Source: a bacterium
GTDB taxonomy: Bacteria > Patescibacteriota > Dojkabacteria > JAKAPS01 > JAJZLI01
Direction of reading: 5' to 3'
DNA: 64,000 nt
Assembly (NCBI GenBank): GCA_027459825.1
Contig: DAIDGT010000003.1
Location: forward strand, 1,277-65,276
Shown: positions 51,677 to 60,378 of the stretch, in pieces
Layout of the letters: every line of letters starts with the position of its first letter
Numbering within the stretch: the first letter of the stretch is position 1
Notes under the pieces: model-generated
Seen by the model: the letters and a program-made list of their open reading frames with translations, nothing else
The model's database searches: none
What the model was told of the DNA's origin: nothing
Translations under genes and position numbers: made by a program

Positions 51677-53752
51677 ATGACAGGAAATGAAATCCGTAAA
51701 AAATTTATAGACTTTTTTATAAAACATAAGCATAAGTTGTTCCCATCGTCATCTCTTGTTCCTGATGACCCTACATTGCTTTTTACTACTGCCGGTATGG
51801 TTCAGATGATGCCTTATCTGTTAAGGCAGAAAGATGTATCTGAAAATCCGAGGGCATGTTCTGTACAAAAAAGCTTTAGAACAACAGATATTGATGATAT
51901 TGGAAACGATGGAAGACATCTGACTTTTTTTGAAATGTTAGGGTCTTGGTCATTTGGTGATTACTATAAGGAAGAGGCAATATCACTTGCCCTTGAACTG
52001 TTAGTTAAAGAATTTGGACTTTCTATGGATAAAATATGGGCAACTGTTTTTGCTGGTGATAGTAAAATACCTGAAGATACAGACTCGTATAATCATTGGG
52101 TTAGTGTTGGTCTTCCAAAAGAAAGGATAATAAAACTTGGTTGGAAGGATAACTTCTGGGGTCCCCCTGGTTTAGAGGGACCTTGTGGTCCTTCCACTGA
52201 AATTTATTATGATATGGGAAAAGAGGTAGGTTGTGGTAAGGAAACATGCGCACCAGGTTGTGATTGTGATAGGTTTATTGAGGTATGGAATGCTGGAGTC
52301 TTCATGGAATACTATAAAGATATGGATGGTAATTATAGTAGGCTTCCTTACACTAATGTTGATACGGGGGCTGGTCTTGAAAGATTAGTTACACTACTTC
52401 AAGGAAAGAAAAGTGTATTTGAAACTGATTTATTTGTACCTATTATCAGGAGCATTGAAAGTGTTTCTGGTAAAAGTTATGGCGATTATAAAAAACAGAT
52501 GAATATTATTGCTGATCATATAAAGGCATCCGTGTTTCTCATTATTGATGGAACATTTCCTTCAAATTTACATAGAGGATATGTTTTAAGGAGATTGATA
52601 AGGAGGGTTATGATCCAGATATATTCTATGAATCTTCCTTTAGATAATAGGGTTATGGAGACTGTTGTAGATGCTATTTCGGATATTTATGGAGTTGAGT
52701 ACAAAGAGATTAGTGAGAATAAGGATAGTGTAAAGTCTGTTTTAGGTAATGAAATTGAAAGTTTTGTAAAAGTACTGTCAAGGTCTTTTAAAGTTCTGGA
52801 TAAGGTTGTGGAGGACAATAAAATATCAGGTGATAGTATGTTTCTTTTACATGATACATATGGTCTTAATATAGAAATATTGAAAGATATACTAACTTCT
52901 CGTAATATTTCTTTCGATGATCAAGGTTTCCTAGATCTTATGAAAGTACAGAAGAGTAAATCTAAAATGTCTTCGTCTTTTACTTTGGGTAAAGAAATGG
53001 AGGTTGAGTATGGAGAACTTCCAAAAACTGAATTTGTAGGTTATTTGGATCTTACTGTTCCTGGAGGATCTGAAGTTCTCAAAGTTGTAGATATGCAAAA
53101 TTTTGTTAGTTTTGTTTTAGATAAAACTCCTTTTTATGCTGAAAGTGGTGGTCAGGTTGGAGATGTTGGTAAAGTTTTGGGGCATAACATTATTGTGAAT
53201 GTAAAAAGTGTGAAAAAAACAAAAAGTGGTGTATTTGTACATTTTGGTGAATACGAACATGAAAGTGAAAAATTAAAATCTGGAAATATAGTTGATCCTA
53301 TTGTTGACAAGAATGTTAGAGATAAAACTTCACATAACCATACTGCAGTGCATTTACTTTCATCTGCTTTGCATAAACTATTATCTGTAAAAATTGTGCA
53401 AAAAGGTTCATTTGTAGATCAAGATAGGCTTCGTTTTGATTTCTCTTTCGATAGACCTCTCACAGATGATGAGATAAAGAGTGTAGAGGTTATTGTAAAT
53501 GCAGAGATTAAGAAAGGTGATAAGATTGAAATAATAGAAACTACTCTTGATGACGCTCGTAGAATGGGTGTTAATCTTGCTTTTGAAGATAGATATGCAA
53601 ATGATGTACGAATTATTAAGATAGGTGATTTTTCTATGGAACTTTGTGGTGGAACGCATTTTGGATTTACTTCTGATCTTGGAACTTTTAAGATTGATAA
53701 ACAGGAATCTGCTGGACAAGGAATTAGAAGAATTAGGGCATCTCTTAATTAG
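51677..53752 (+). CDS. alaS: Alanine--tRNA ligase (lacks C-Ala domain)
   Basis: DPTLLFTTAGM, HLTFFEMLG, GPCGP, DTGAGLER, HTAVHLL, ELCGGTH. Confidence 0.97.
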   Translation: MTGNEIRKKFIDFFIKHKHKLFPSSSLVPDDPTLLFTTAGMVQMMPYLLRQKDVSENPRACSVQKSFRTTDIDDIGNDGRHLTFFEMLGSWSFGDYYKEEAISLALELLVKEFGLSMDKIWATVFAGDSKIPEDTDSYNHWVSVGLPKERIIKLGWKDNFWGPPGLEGPCGPSTEIYYDMGKEVGCGKETCAPGCDCDRFIEVWNAGVFMEYYKDMDGNYSRLPYTNVDTGAGLERLVTLLQGKKSVFETDLFVPIIRSIESVSGKSYGDYKKQMNIIADHIKASVFLIIDGTFPSNLHRGYVLRRLIRRVMIQIYSMNLPLDNRVMETVVDAISDIYGVEYKEISENKDSVKSVLGNEIESFVKVLSRSFKVLDKVVEDNKISGDSMFLLHDTYGLNIEILKDILTSRNISFDDQGFLDLMKVQKSKSKMSSSFTLGKEMEVEYGELPKTEFVGYLDLTVPGGSEVLKVVDMQNFVSFVLDKTPFYAESGGQVGDVGKVLGHNIIVNVKSVKKTKSGVFVHFGEYEHESEKLKSGNIVDPIVDKNVRDKTSHNHTAVHLLSSALHKLLSVKIVQKGSFVDQDRLRFDFSFDRPLTDDEIKSVEVIVNAEIKKGDKIEIIETTLDDARRMGVNLAFEDRYANDVRIIKIGDFSMELCGGTHFGFTSDLGTFKIDKQESAGQGIRRIRASLN

Positions 53753-53764
53753 TAGTGATTTTTT

Positions 53765-54157
53765 ATGTATATACTAGGGATTGATTGGGGAGAAAAATAT
53801 ATAGGAATAGCACTTTCTGATAAGAATGGTAGAGTTGCTGGTCGATTTTCAGTAGAAAGGAACAATGATCAATTTTATCCATGGCTTAATAATCTTTTGG
53901 CTGAGTATGATATTTCTACTATAGTAGTTGGAATTCCTTTTGATGTATCAGGTGAAGAGAGTAGTATTGCATTAAATATACATGATTTCGTTAAGCCTTT
54001 TGAAAATAAATATAAAGTGGTATTCTGGAATGAGACACTAACTTCGAGGGAGTCTCAGTCTATAAGGGTAAAAAAAGGTGTTTCTAAGGGAAGATTAGAT
54101 GATTTATCTGCTCAACTTATCCTTCAAGAGTATCTTGATTACATGTCTTCACAATAA
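53765..54157 (+). CDS. ruvX: YqgF/RuvX family RNase-H-fold nuclease
   Basis: LGIDWG.K.IGIA.SD, VVG.P, NETLTS, D..SA..IL. Confidence 0.92.
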   Translation: MYILGIDWGEKYIGIALSDKNGRVAGRFSVERNNDQFYPWLNNLLAEYDISTIVVGIPFDVSGEESSIALNIHDFVKPFENKYKVVFWNETLTSRESQSIRVKKGVSKGRLDDLSAQLILQEYLDYMSSQ

Positions 54158-55215
54158 TGATTATAAAATATTATAAACTAATATCATTTTTGCTTTTTAT
54201 AGTATTAGTAGTTACTTCTTTTTTGATATATAAGAATGATATTTATTCGAAAAATAATATAAAATCTAGCTACGTAGATTTTAAAATCGCTGCAGGAGAT
54301 AGTGAAAGAACAGTAATATCAAAACTTTATTCTGATAAGTTAATCTCCTCTCCTTTTATGATGTCCATATATATGGATTTACATAATCCTCTATTTGTTT
54401 TCGATACTGGAATATATAGGATATATAAGGGTGAGAATGTTCCTCAAATGATAAGCACATTCAAAAAGGGATCATTCTATAAGCAACTTGATATTCCTTC
54501 AGGTTTAAGAATAGAAGAAGATGCTGCTTTGATTAGAAATGAGCTTGATGTTAATAATAAAGATTATAAATTTTCTGTATCAGAATATATTAATATTGCT
54601 CAAAATGATATTTCTTTATTTGAAAATGACTACTCTTTTATGAAATATATTCCTTCTGGTAGTTCTCTTGAAGGTTTTTTATATCCTGATACATACGATG
54701 TTCCATTAAATATAACTTCTGAGCAGATGATTAAAATGCAATTATCGTCTTTTGAAAAGAATGTTTTTGAAAAATATCGAAATGGGCTTTTGAATAATAG
54801 TGATGGCCTCTCTTTATATCAGACCATGATCATTGCTTCTGTTGTAAGGAGAGAAACTTTATATGATTCTGATAAACCTATTGTTGCGAATATTTTTATA
54901 AGGAGATTTACAAGTGGAATGGCTCTTCAATCAGATGCAACTGTTCAGTATGCATTAGGTTTTAATCAATCTGAGGGAACTTGGTGGACTCGAAATATTA
55001 CACCTTCTGATCTAGAAATTACTTCCCCATATAATACTAGGCTTTATCCGGGGTTGCCTCCAACACCTATTTGTTCTCCTGGATCTACATCAATTAATGC
55101 TACTATACACTCTGCACCTAATAGTTATTGGTATTTTGTCGCTGACTCATCAGGACATTTGCATTATGCATCAACTCTTGCTCAGCAAAATGCAAACATT
55201 TCAGAATATCTTTGA
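54157..55215 (+). CDS. mltG: Endolytic transglycosylase MltG
   Basis: LEGFLYPDTY, ASVVRRE, LQSDATVQY, SPYNTR..PGLPPTPI. Confidence 0.93.
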   Translation: MIIKYYKLISFLLFIVLVVTSFLIYKNDIYSKNNIKSSYVDFKIAAGDSERTVISKLYSDKLISSPFMMSIYMDLHNPLFVFDTGIYRIYKGENVPQMISTFKKGSFYKQLDIPSGLRIEEDAALIRNELDVNNKDYKFSVSEYINIAQNDISLFENDYSFMKYIPSGSSLEGFLYPDTYDVPLNITSEQMIKMQLSSFEKNVFEKYRNGLLNNSDGLSLYQTMIIASVVRRETLYDSDKPIVANIFIRRFTSGMALQSDATVQYALGFNQSEGTWWTRNITPSDLEITSPYNTRLYPGLPPTPICSPGSTSINATIHSAPNSYWYFVADSSGHLHYASTLAQQNANISEYL

Positions 55216-55259
55216 CCTCAATTGAAAAAAAATCTTAAGAATACTATTATGAAATAAGT

Positions 55260-56210
55260 ATGTCAAAAGATTTTGAAAAGTACTTCTCCTCGTTTAAGAA
55301 AGAGGGCATCCTTGTTATATCAGCTATTGTGCTTGTTGTATTTGTAGTAATATTTTTATTTATTCCAAATATTCAATATATTGGTGGTCTTTTTGGATTT
55401 GGACCCAAAATAGTTGCTAAGGTTAATGGAAATTCCTTAAGTTTACAGAATCTTATTAGTTATAATTGTAATAGGTATGCTATCTACAATACTTCTTGTA
55501 CTACTAACTATAAAGGGGAATTATCAAATTTTGTGGCTTATACAGTGGAATACAATTATCTTTCCTCTCATAAAGATTTACCAACAAAACAGGATGTTTA
55601 TGCTGCAGCTTATGGCCCTAATACTCCTTGGCAAGTAAGTTTTATTACGAAAGGTGCAAACCAGATTTATAACTATTATTTCCAAAAATTAGTAACCTCA
55701 AAAATAGAGAATATGTTAGTAAAAAGTTATACAGGTACAGAATTTATTACTAATTATGGTTGGAGATATCTAGGAGGAGATAATCCTTCCTTTAACGATA
55801 AAAAAAGTCAGGCGTATAGTACAATAGATAATTGGTACAAAATTATTGATATAAAAACTATAGCTCCTATTACAGAATCTTCTGCATTTAAATCTCTTTT
55901 TACAGATGCATCTTCGTATTCGCAGAATAATGTTAATAAAGCATTTGTAATTAATTACTCTGGTCTTACTGAAGACAATTATGCTCTAAAAATTTTTGCT
56001 CCTAATACTCAGGTGTTAGATACCATTGAATCTATTTCTTCTGGGTCTAAATCTTCTGTAGAAAATTATTATCTAAGTCAGCCAAAAGTTCCAGGTGGCT
56101 ATACAGGATATTATTATTTTATTGTCCAGAAAAGTGTATCTGGTAAATATAATAGCGTAAGTAGTATGATCTCCAAACTTGAATCTAATTCTAGTATAAT
56201 AACTTACTAA
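55260..56210 (+). CDS. Membrane-anchored exported protein with SurA-N-like start
   Basis: TM followed by IVAKVNG. Confidence 0.5.
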   Translation: MSKDFEKYFSSFKKEGILVISAIVLVVFVVIFLFIPNIQYIGGLFGFGPKIVAKVNGNSLSLQNLISYNCNRYAIYNTSCTTNYKGELSNFVAYTVEYNYLSSHKDLPTKQDVYAAAYGPNTPWQVSFITKGANQIYNYYFQKLVTSKIENMLVKSYTGTEFITNYGWRYLGGDNPSFNDKKSQAYSTIDNWYKIIDIKTIAPITESSAFKSLFTDASSYSQNNVNKAFVINYSGLTEDNYALKIFAPNTQVLDTIESISSGSKSSVENYYLSQPKVPGGYTGYYYFIVQKSVSGKYNSVSSMISKLESNSSIITY

Positions 56211-57862
56211 TGTTAATAAATTTAAATTTAACAAGAAAATTGATATTATCGCTGCCTATTTTATTGATAATGTTTGTTTTGTTTGTTATTCATGTTCATG
56301 CTGCTACTACTTATTATCCTGGTAGTAATTGTAATTTTACAAATGGCACTTCTGACTGTTATGAAACTACTAGTGGTCAGGGTGCTCCTACCACAATTAC
56401 TAGTAACTTTGCAGGTTTTTATCTAAATTTTGCTAAAGAAAGTTATATCAATGGGGTATCTATTGGATCTGTCCCAGTTTCCAGTGCAAACTTCTCATTG
56501 CAAGGTTCTGAGTATACAGGACAATCTTCATTTGGAAGCTCAACAGAAACATGGGGTCCTACATATAACTTATGGAATAACAATGGAGGGACTTATTTGT
56601 GGGAGTATGGGAGTAATGGAGTTGTTAATTCAAGTGTCGGATATGGTCCATCATACCCCACTCCTCCTGGTGAAGCTTCTTGTCAATATTATGAAATAGA
56701 TAGTTCATGTACTGCAGGTGGCTATCCTTATCCTGTGACAGATACAAGTGGTAATTATACTCTATCTGTTGCTCAAAGCCAGCTTGACTGTGCATTTAAT
56801 TATTTTCAATTACAAATAACAGTACCTTCAGGGACAGTTCCTTCTGGTTATACTGTATCAGGAGTCAAAGCTGGAGAATTTTTTGGTACTAATGGAAGCA
56901 CTGTTCCTCTATCGGCTACTATTTCTGGAAATGTTATAACTGTATCTGGGATTGTGTTAAATAACAATGTTATTAATTCAATAAGTGTTACTCTTGATAT
57001 TTCTACTAATAATACATGTCAATTACAATTGTCATCTAATAACTATAATCCTAAGACAGGGCAGTCCATAACACTTACTGCTACACTCTCAGGTAGCAAT
57101 GTTGGAAATCAATATATTGTAGTAGATGATACTATGGGGTCTTATGTAACTCCAGGTTATACTTATGCTTTAACTAATAGTTCTGGCGTGGCCACATTTA
57201 CTGAAACAGATAGCCATGCTGAAAGCGTGAATTTTATTGCATTGGCTAGTCAATGTAATTCTCCAACTGTGACCGTTTCATGGGGTACAAGTACTACTTC
57301 TTGTCAGATTACATTAAATACTTCAACAAAGAGTCCTCAGCTTGGTACAGATTTGGTAATTAATGTTTACTATACGCCTGTAAATGCTCCTCTCCTTGGT
57401 GTACAGCTATCTGCTTCTTCATCACCTTCAGGAAATAGTTCGTATTTTGTTCTTGGTTCTAATACAACTACAGTTGCATATAGTTCAACCGAAAGTCAGG
57501 CTTCCTTTACTGTGTATGATCCAGTGCAGGAGAATGTTACATATACAGTATCTTCTGCTCAAAGTCCAAATTGTAGTTCTAGTATAACTATAAATTGGTC
57601 TTATGGTGCAGCATCTTGTATTAATAGTAATTGTGCTCCAAACCAACCTGTATGTGTTAGAAGTCAGCATCAACAGTTATATGTTAATGGAAGCGTAATT
57701 GCATATGGAAAAATACAGGATGGTAGAGATTTAGGAGGATGTGATCCTTGGTATCCTGCAACTCAGGTTGTATTTAATCCTGCATATGTGTCTATTTATA
57801 ATATAACCTTTTTGAAATTTATTGATCGTAATTTACAGAAGTGGGAAGAGGTAGGTATCTAA
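56210..57862 (+). CDS. Secreted Cys/Ser/Thr-rich protein with Ig-like (Big-1-like) domains
   Basis: Signal peptide ending VHA, TNSSGVATF, C-terminal LYVNGSVIA...RDL...PA..V.FNP.Y...WEE. Confidence 0.7.
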   Translation: MLINLNLTRKLILSLPILLIMFVLFVIHVHAATTYYPGSNCNFTNGTSDCYETTSGQGAPTTITSNFAGFYLNFAKESYINGVSIGSVPVSSANFSLQGSEYTGQSSFGSSTETWGPTYNLWNNNGGTYLWEYGSNGVVNSSVGYGPSYPTPPGEASCQYYEIDSSCTAGGYPYPVTDTSGNYTLSVAQSQLDCAFNYFQLQITVPSGTVPSGYTVSGVKAGEFFGTNGSTVPLSATISGNVITVSGIVLNNNVINSISVTLDISTNNTCQLQLSSNNYNPKTGQSITLTATLSGSNVGNQYIVVDDTMGSYVTPGYTYALTNSSGVATFTETDSHAESVNFIALASQCNSPTVTVSWGTSTTSCQITLNTSTKSPQLGTDLVINVYYTPVNAPLLGVQLSASSSPSGNSSYFVLGSNTTTVAYSSTESQASFTVYDPVQENVTYTVSSAQSPNCSSSITINWSYGAASCINSNCAPNQPVCVRSQHQQLYVNGSVIAYGKIQDGRDLGGCDPWYPATQVVFNPAYVSIYNITFLKFIDRNLQKWEEVGI

Positions 57863-57866
57863 TTTA

Positions 57867-57895
57867 TTGACAAGTTTTTTTATTAAAGATATATT
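57867..57895 (+). promoter_or_regulatory. Promoter TTGACA-17-TATATT
   Basis: Exact spacing, 13 nt before ATG 57909. Confidence 0.65.
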
Positions 57896-57908
57896 AAATA
57901 TGTAAAGT

Positions 57909-59015
57909 ATGAATCCACTTAATAATAGTAATACAAGTCAGACGAATTCTTCTAAACCTCCAGAAAATGTTGGTAGTGCTGATACTGCAAATCTGGAAAA
58001 AAATGTTGAGAAAAAGAAAAATGTTACTTTACAAATTTTGACTATTGTAGGCGTTCTTCTTGCTTTAGGGATTATTGCATTAATTATAATAAGTGCAAAT
58101 AATTCATCAAATCTTTTTGGGAATATAAGTAAATTATTTTCTGGTAAAAATTCGTCATCTACTAGTAGTAATACTACTACATCATCAAATAAAACCATTG
58201 TTGCACCACTTGCCTCACTTAGTATGACATGTGGTTCAGCTGGACAAATTAACATTGCCTGGAAGGCTGCACCTAATACATCATCTTCTTATTCTGTTGA
58301 TGGGTATATTACAGATACTGTATCAAAAAGTAGGGTGTACACCTTCTCTCCAGAGTATGTGAATTCTTCTGGTGGTACGTTTGTCTGGACAGGTGCAAAT
58401 TATAAAGATAACTACTCTGCTACTGCTTGGGTACAATCATCTACAGGGGTTGAATCATCTCCTATAACTAGTGCTATATTAAATTCTTCTACTTGTAGTT
58501 CTAAAACTGTCGCAGTAACTGTTGGTACACTTTCTTGTAATAATTTTGCTGTAACCCAAAATGGAGCTTCTGGTACAACATTTACTGCAGGTTCTTCTGC
58601 TCCTGTTGAAATTGTTTCTGGTATAAAAGATTCTATATCAACTGCTAAACTAGATTATTCAAAAGCTTCATGGAGTGTGTCTCCTACATCAGGTACACTG
58701 ACACCTTCTAGTTCAGGAAACAGTGCTTCATGGGAAGTTCCTTCTACCATATCTGGTACTTCTGAGAAATTTACCATATCGCTTTCAGGTGTTACTGATA
58801 ATACTGGTGCAAAGTTATCTACTCCTTGTACTGTAATATTAACTGTAGATGCAGCATCTACAACAGTTTTACCAAATACGGGGTTTGATGTACCTACATA
58901 CATGTTAATTGCTGTTGGGTTTATACTCCTTATAATTGGGTTGATATATTCTTACTTTACAGATATGATTTCTCTTAATATCCATAAGAAAAAAATTGTG
59001 AAGAGATTTAGATAG
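57909..59015 (+). CDS. Surface protein with an LPxTG-type sorting signal
   Basis: N-terminal TM, S/T-rich beta domains, LPNTG + TM + basic tail. Confidence 0.75.
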   Translation: MNPLNNSNTSQTNSSKPPENVGSADTANLEKNVEKKKNVTLQILTIVGVLLALGIIALIIISANNSSNLFGNISKLFSGKNSSSTSSNTTTSSNKTIVAPLASLSMTCGSAGQINIAWKAAPNTSSSYSVDGYITDTVSKSRVYTFSPEYVNSSGGTFVWTGANYKDNYSATAWVQSSTGVESSPITSAILNSSTCSSKTVAVTVGTLSCNNFAVTQNGASGTTFTAGSSAPVEIVSGIKDSISTAKLDYSKASWSVSPTSGTLTPSSSGNSASWEVPSTISGTSEKFTISLSGVTDNTGAKLSTPCTVILTVDAASTTVLPNTGFDVPTYMLIAVGFILLIIGLIYSYFTDMISLNIHKKKIVKRFR

Positions 59016-59877
59016 AGGTTATAAGCATAGGAAGACTGATATCTATATCGATTTCTCCCCTATTAGTTGCTGTATTTAGGTTTATAATTTTGTGAAAAAT
59101 TGTTTTTAACTTTTCCTGAGAGTATGTGCCTGTAACATTTTTTATTTTTGATATTGTAAAATCAGATATTTTTGAACCTGTAGCTTTAAAAATATTGTTT
59201 TTGATTTGATTTGAATTATACCCTTTCTCTATTTGTATTTTTATAAGGAGCATCATTTTTACTTGCCATGCTATGATAGATGATATTCCTCTAGAATCTT
59301 CTCCTGTTTCTTTCAGTTTTAAATATTCTATCATCGCCTTTTTCTTTTCCCTTTTGACTATTGCATCTGTTAAATTCCATATTAGAGACTGTGTCTCGTA
59401 AGATAAAATTTCTTTAATCTCTCGTATATCTGAGATTTCTTTTTTTGGAGCTATAAAATTAATGCACTTGTTTATTTCCTGTTTGAGCATCATCCTATTT
59501 TCTCCTACTATCTCTATAATTTGCCTTATGGTATTTGCTGTAATTTTTATTCCTTTCTTGCTAAAAATTGTGTTTATATACTTCTCTATGTTTTCTTGTT
59601 TTAACTGAGTGGCTTTTAATTTACTTTTTGGAGGTAGGTATACATAGATTAGATCATCTGTTTTTATATCTTTTAACTTACTAAGTATAGTCTTGGGATT
59701 TTTTAGAATAAATACTCTTATGTCTTCAAATATATTTAGATTTTCCAGTTCTTCTAATATTTTATTTATACCTATTTCTTCTTCATCTAATACATTAATT
59801 TTTAAATTTTCACCTTGTTTCTCTTGTATGTAGTTTTTTATATCATCTATGTATTCTGCTTTTATATATTCTATCAT
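59008..59877 (-). CDS. holA: DNA polymerase III delta subunit
   Basis: LKQEINK, IWNLTDAI, helical C-terminus typical of HolA. Confidence 0.75.
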   Translation of the reverse strand: MIEYIKAEYIDDIKNYIQEKQGENLKINVLDEEEIGINKILEELENLNIFEDIRVFILKNPKTILSKLKDIKTDDLIYVYLPPKSKLKATQLKQENIEKYINTIFSKKGIKITANTIRQIIEIVGENRMMLKQEINKCINFIAPKKEISDIREIKEILSYETQSLIWNLTDAIVKREKKKAMIEYLKLKETGEDSRGISSIIAWQVKMMLLIKIQIEKGYNSNQIKNNIFKATGSKISDFTISKIKNVTGTYSQEKLKTIFHKIINLNTATNRGEIDIDISLPMLITSI

Positions 59878-60284
59878 GCTACTTTTGCATCCAGTATTAT
59901 ATTTACCATTTTGTCTGCAATACTATTTTTTTCTCTTTCTACATATGTTAATGTTGCGCTTTTGTATCTTTTCATTAAATCTCTTATTTTATCAACCTTT
60001 ATCTTAAGGGATGCATCTTTTATTTGAAATAAACCGTTTACTTGATTTACCATTAAATTACTATCTGAATAGCAATCTATTTCTGTAATTTTATTTTTTA
60101 GTCCAAGTTCAAGACCAGCTATAAGGCCTGAAAATTCTGCTTGATTGTTTGTAAGTACTCCTATGTACTTACCATGGAAATCTATCAGTTTATTATTTTT
60201 ATCATAGATGAAAACACCGTAAGCTGCATTACCTGGGTTCCCTCTTGATCCTGCGTCTGTAAAAAGTCTAAATCTTTCTGCCAT
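59874..60284 (-). CDS. rnhA: Ribonuclease HI (archaeal/actinobacterial type)
   Basis: TDAGSRGNPG, TNNQAE, SDS.L.V.Q, REKN..AD. Confidence 0.92.
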   Translation of the reverse strand: MAERFRLFTDAGSRGNPGNAAYGVFIYDKNNKLIDFHGKYIGVLTNNQAEFSGLIAGLELGLKNKITEIDCYSDSNLMVNQVNGLFQIKDASLKIKVDKIRDLMKRYKSATLTYVEREKNSIADKMVNIILDAKVA

Positions 60285-60378
60285 AATATGACCAATATAT
60301 TACCCTTTATATCAATATATTTCAATAATTTTTTTGTATATTGCAAACATTTTATATAATGATTAATATAAATAAGGT

